Positions 61,134 through 64,000 of a stretch of DNA of 64,000 bases are shown one piece after another; position 1 is the first letter of the stretch; every line of letters begins with the position of its first letter. The DNA is from Pseudovirgaria hyperparasitica (Eukaryota): NCBI GenBank assembly GCA_010093815.1, contig ML996581.1; one strand, written 5' to 3'. The translations under genes were made by a program, and so were the position numbers. The notes below the pieces were generated by a model. It saw only the letters and a program-made list of their open reading frames with translations, was not told the origin of the DNA and did not search any database.

Positions 61134-62171
61134 ATGTCTAGATTCTGGCCATATTCATTTGCTCCAAGGGCACAACCGCTCACTCAGCCATCACACGCCC
61201 AGGTCAATGCCTACTCCGAATATACGAACAGACATGTCCGGCAACACACGCAAGCCCCCTCATCACCACCAGATCTTACCAACTCCATCAAATCATTCCG
61301 CACAGCCATGCTAGATCGAGCCGCACGCCATCTCGGCTGCCAGATGTTCTCCCTGATCCGCGCGACTCTCCATGGCGCAAACACCCCTATTGGAACGCCC
61401 GATCTCTATACGCACCTAGGCACAAGCATTGGCAACCCGTCTATCCTCATCAACTCCGTCTCGCGCCGCTACGTCCTCCCGTTCGTCGAGCCGCACTGGT
61501 ACACCACCACATCGCTCTTTGCCTTCGGCGGCGTACTGCCACACCCGGCAACCCCCTCCAATAACGGCAAGATGGACAGCCACGGCGCCACGGAGCTGTA
61601 TATAAAGTTGGCCAGTCAGCAGCTGAGCGACCACCACACGGCTACAGACGTGCAGAAGTTTGGTGTGCCGCTCCCGATCCTGCCGGCTGACTTTCTTGCT
61701 TTGATCCGCGTGCATGCCGTGTTCGTTGCGGGATCGCCATTCGGCGCGAGTTTTGCGGAGCGCTGGGTGGTGTGGGACGGGCCTGGGTGCTTGCAGAATC
61801 ACCAGCATATTATGGCGCGACCGCTGCTTTTGGCGAAGGTGAACGTGACACCGCGGCCGCTGGGGCAGGTTTATGATGTCGTGGCGGGGCTCTGTATGGG
61901 TGGCAATCGGGCATCGTGGGGGAAGCCTCCAGGGAGTACGACTGAGCATGGAGTTTGGGCGCTGTGGTGTCGCCGGGCGGAGAGGTATGGTCTTCCGTTC
62001 CAGTGGAGGTATTTTCTCATCGTGAGCGGGCCAGGGGCGGTGGCTGTCTCGTGGGATAGTATTGAAGCACTGTTGAGGGCGTTGGTATTTTTGAATAGGC
62101 CTGAGCTGCTGAGGGAGGAGATTTATGCGCTACCGGCAGAGATTAGAGAGGAGTGCGAGATCGTCGAATAG
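61134..62171 (+). CDS. Hypothetical protein (C-terminal half loosely SUKH/Smi1-Knr4-like)
   Basis: 345-aa uninterrupted GC-rich ORF with good ATG context; FGVPLPILPADFLALIR, GVWALWC..WRY..WDSIEALL. Confidence 0.7.
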   Translation: MSRFWPYSFAPRAQPLTQPSHAQVNAYSEYTNRHVRQHTQAPSSPPDLTNSIKSFRTAMLDRAARHLGCQMFSLIRATLHGANTPIGTPDLYTHLGTSIGNPSILINSVSRRYVLPFVEPHWYTTTSLFAFGGVLPHPATPSNNGKMDSHGATELYIKLASQQLSDHHTATDVQKFGVPLPILPADFLALIRVHAVFVAGSPFGASFAERWVVWDGPGCLQNHQHIMARPLLLAKVNVTPRPLGQVYDVVAGLCMGGNRASWGKPPGSTTEHGVWALWCRRAERYGLPFQWRYFLIVSGPGAVAVSWDSIEALLRALVFLNRPELLREEIYALPAEIREECEIVE

Positions 62172-62275
62172 GCACTTGGAGGCTGGACTTCTCGGAGACG
62201 CAACCTTTGCTAGAAATAGTTGTTGAGTACCAACCGCTCTATGTATGTCTATATTCTATGCAAACTCGGTCCCGT

Positions 62276-63088
62276 CTATGGCTGGCTCAAAGCCCCTGTC
62301 GCTCGGGCGATGTCCAAGATGCCTTGGGCAGCTTCTGTGACATCAGCAGTCTTGAGCGGAATTCTGTGTGCTCCCTCCCATTCCATGAGCTTCCTGCTAC
62401 TCTCTTCGCAGTACTCCTTGTATAGCATCCGATGCAAGTACAGGCCAGGATCCTGCAGCCCATGTATATGGAAAGTTGGTAGCTTAATCCTCGCCTCTTT
62501 ATCGACCCCCTCATTTGCTTTTATAGCTCCATCAGTAACGGCGTCAACGGTGTGTAGTGATTTGCCTGTTTGTCTTGCCGGATCCAGCACAACCGGGGGC
62601 GCCCTTCCAGCCATAAGGACCCCGAACCTCCACCTCACACCCTCCACACCGCACGTCCCCACGCCTTTACCAGCCGATAACTGCGCCTCCCGCGTTTGCT
62701 GCTCCAAGAGCATACTCGCCGCCATCTTTGCGCCCTGGCTAAAGCCTACAAGTCCAACCCACTCTCCGGTTGCACCTTGCCGATTGTCGTCTTCGATGGC
62801 ACACCGTAGACTATATGTGATCTCTTCCAGGGCACTCTCTACATGAACCGGCGCGTGCTCCTCTTTCCACCGGAGCCAGCGACGGAACGGGCCGTGTTCG
62901 CCATAGACTGTGACGATGTCTGGGTGCGGGGGGCAGAGGAAGGGTGCGTCGACGAAGACGCATCGGAAGTGCTGCCGGAGGAGAGGAAGGAGTGTGCGGC
63001 ACTGCGTTTCGTAGATGAAGGCGTTTACGCCGCCGCCGTGCAGAAAGAGCAGGCGAGGAAGGGCGAGTGCCTCGGACGACACAACCAT
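62276..63088 (-). CDS. FSH1-family serine hydrolase (CitA/LovG-like esterase)
   Basis: LFLHGGGVNA, FVDAPF, GPFRRW, GFSQG nucleophile, HIHGLQDPG, WEGAHRIP (Ser-Asp-His triad). Confidence 0.92.
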   Translation of the reverse strand: MVVSSEALALPRLLFLHGGGVNAFIYETQCRTLLPLLRQHFRCVFVDAPFLCPPHPDIVTVYGEHGPFRRWLRWKEEHAPVHVESALEEITYSLRCAIEDDNRQGATGEWVGLVGFSQGAKMAASMLLEQQTREAQLSAGKGVGTCGVEGVRWRFGVLMAGRAPPVVLDPARQTGKSLHTVDAVTDGAIKANEGVDKEARIKLPTFHIHGLQDPGLYLHRMLYKEYCEESSRKLMEWEGAHRIPLKTADVTEAAQGILDIARATGALSQP

Positions 63089-64000
63089 TTTCCCTATGAG
63101 CGAGCGTTTCGGTGTTCGCGCTGGCGCGGAGGAATAGATTGTCGATGTCGCGGGCCGTGGTCAGCCTGGTTCCCTGGAATCTACGCTGAAGTGTCACGAT
63201 GGAGTCACAGGAGCAAGTACAAGTCTAAACAAGACTGAATGATGTTGTTAGTAGTTGGCCGGAGTATCTCGGCGGTTCATATCTTCCACCGGAGGGGGCT
63301 GCAGGCCGGACTTCGGTGATGCTGCCAGCCAGCATCAGGCACAAGCCGGAGCCGGTTTCGTCGGCGTCCGTTCCACTGTATATCGCTTTGATGTTTTACA
63401 TTGTGACTGGCACGATGAGACTAGGTTATCTGTCTCCTGTTCTGTTCGGATGTGAAGTCGTTGTCACGGTACTTCTTACTTTTGTCTTCCCCGCTCGTAT
63501 AACGCAAGTGCATGGCATTCTAGGACCTGCAGCCAGCCACATCACGGAGTGAAGTCCGTCGCAGTCATCCTCATGTCGCTCTGGCTTCTTTATACTGAAC
63601 ATACTCACTATAACTGCTCTACAGTCTCCGCTCTTGACCATGGAAACATCTGTCATAGTGGCCAGAATACTATTCATTTTCAGATAGCCGATACCGCTCC
63701 GTTCTGAATGGGTACCGGGATGGGCGGCCTGATGGATCCCCGCACGCGACTAATTCGCCCGAGTGCAGCTTGAGATGAGACAACATCTACATCTCTTGGC
63801 TATTGAACTCTTAGATCTTGCGATTTCATTCTCTTAGGGTATTAATCTGTCTTACCTCGCTAGGGCATGTCTACAGGTCTATCATCTCTGAAATGGTTCT
63901 ACCATGAGTTCGGACTCGGATCTATTCACGAAACAGGCCGTGATGCCTACCTCATCATCTTAGCCAGATCATGTCGAATGTTTGCATATGGGACAAATTC

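Noticed and set aside
32055..63238. Many 60-200 aa ORFs overlapping the called genes in other frames or strands
   Set aside because: Shadow ORFs of GC-rich coding sequence with no recognisable motifs.

Overview
Eukaryotic DNA from a filamentous ascomycete (short GT-AG introns with CTAAC/CTAAT-type branch points, a dispersed 5S rRNA gene, RIP-type TpA-rich repeat relics). The left part holds an AMP deaminase gene and a small kinase-like island between AT-rich blocks. A ~22 kb RIP-mutated retroelement nest follows (6.1-28 kb, 580-N gap). Its insertion order can be read from four intact target-site duplications: old Ty3/gypsy 3' remnant <- ~440-bp solo LTR <- chromovirus A <- (Tad1-like LINE and chromovirus B). 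The right part is gene-dense: an intronless, divergent cytosolic-type GluRS next to a GlcG/HbpS-like gene, a PhoD-like phosphatase, KEX2, cysteine synthase 2, a GTPase-like pseudogene, a PHO84/GIT1-family transporter with a GC-AG intron, SEC10, NUS1, CYS3, a PIR-repeat wall protein, a divergent 5S rRNA and a CitA/LovG-like hydrolase. The most unusual signals are a 31-bp hairpin present as exact reverse complements near both ends of the LINE and the possible paralogous GluRS + GlcG pair at the repeat border. All calls come from manual reading; no database searches were run.
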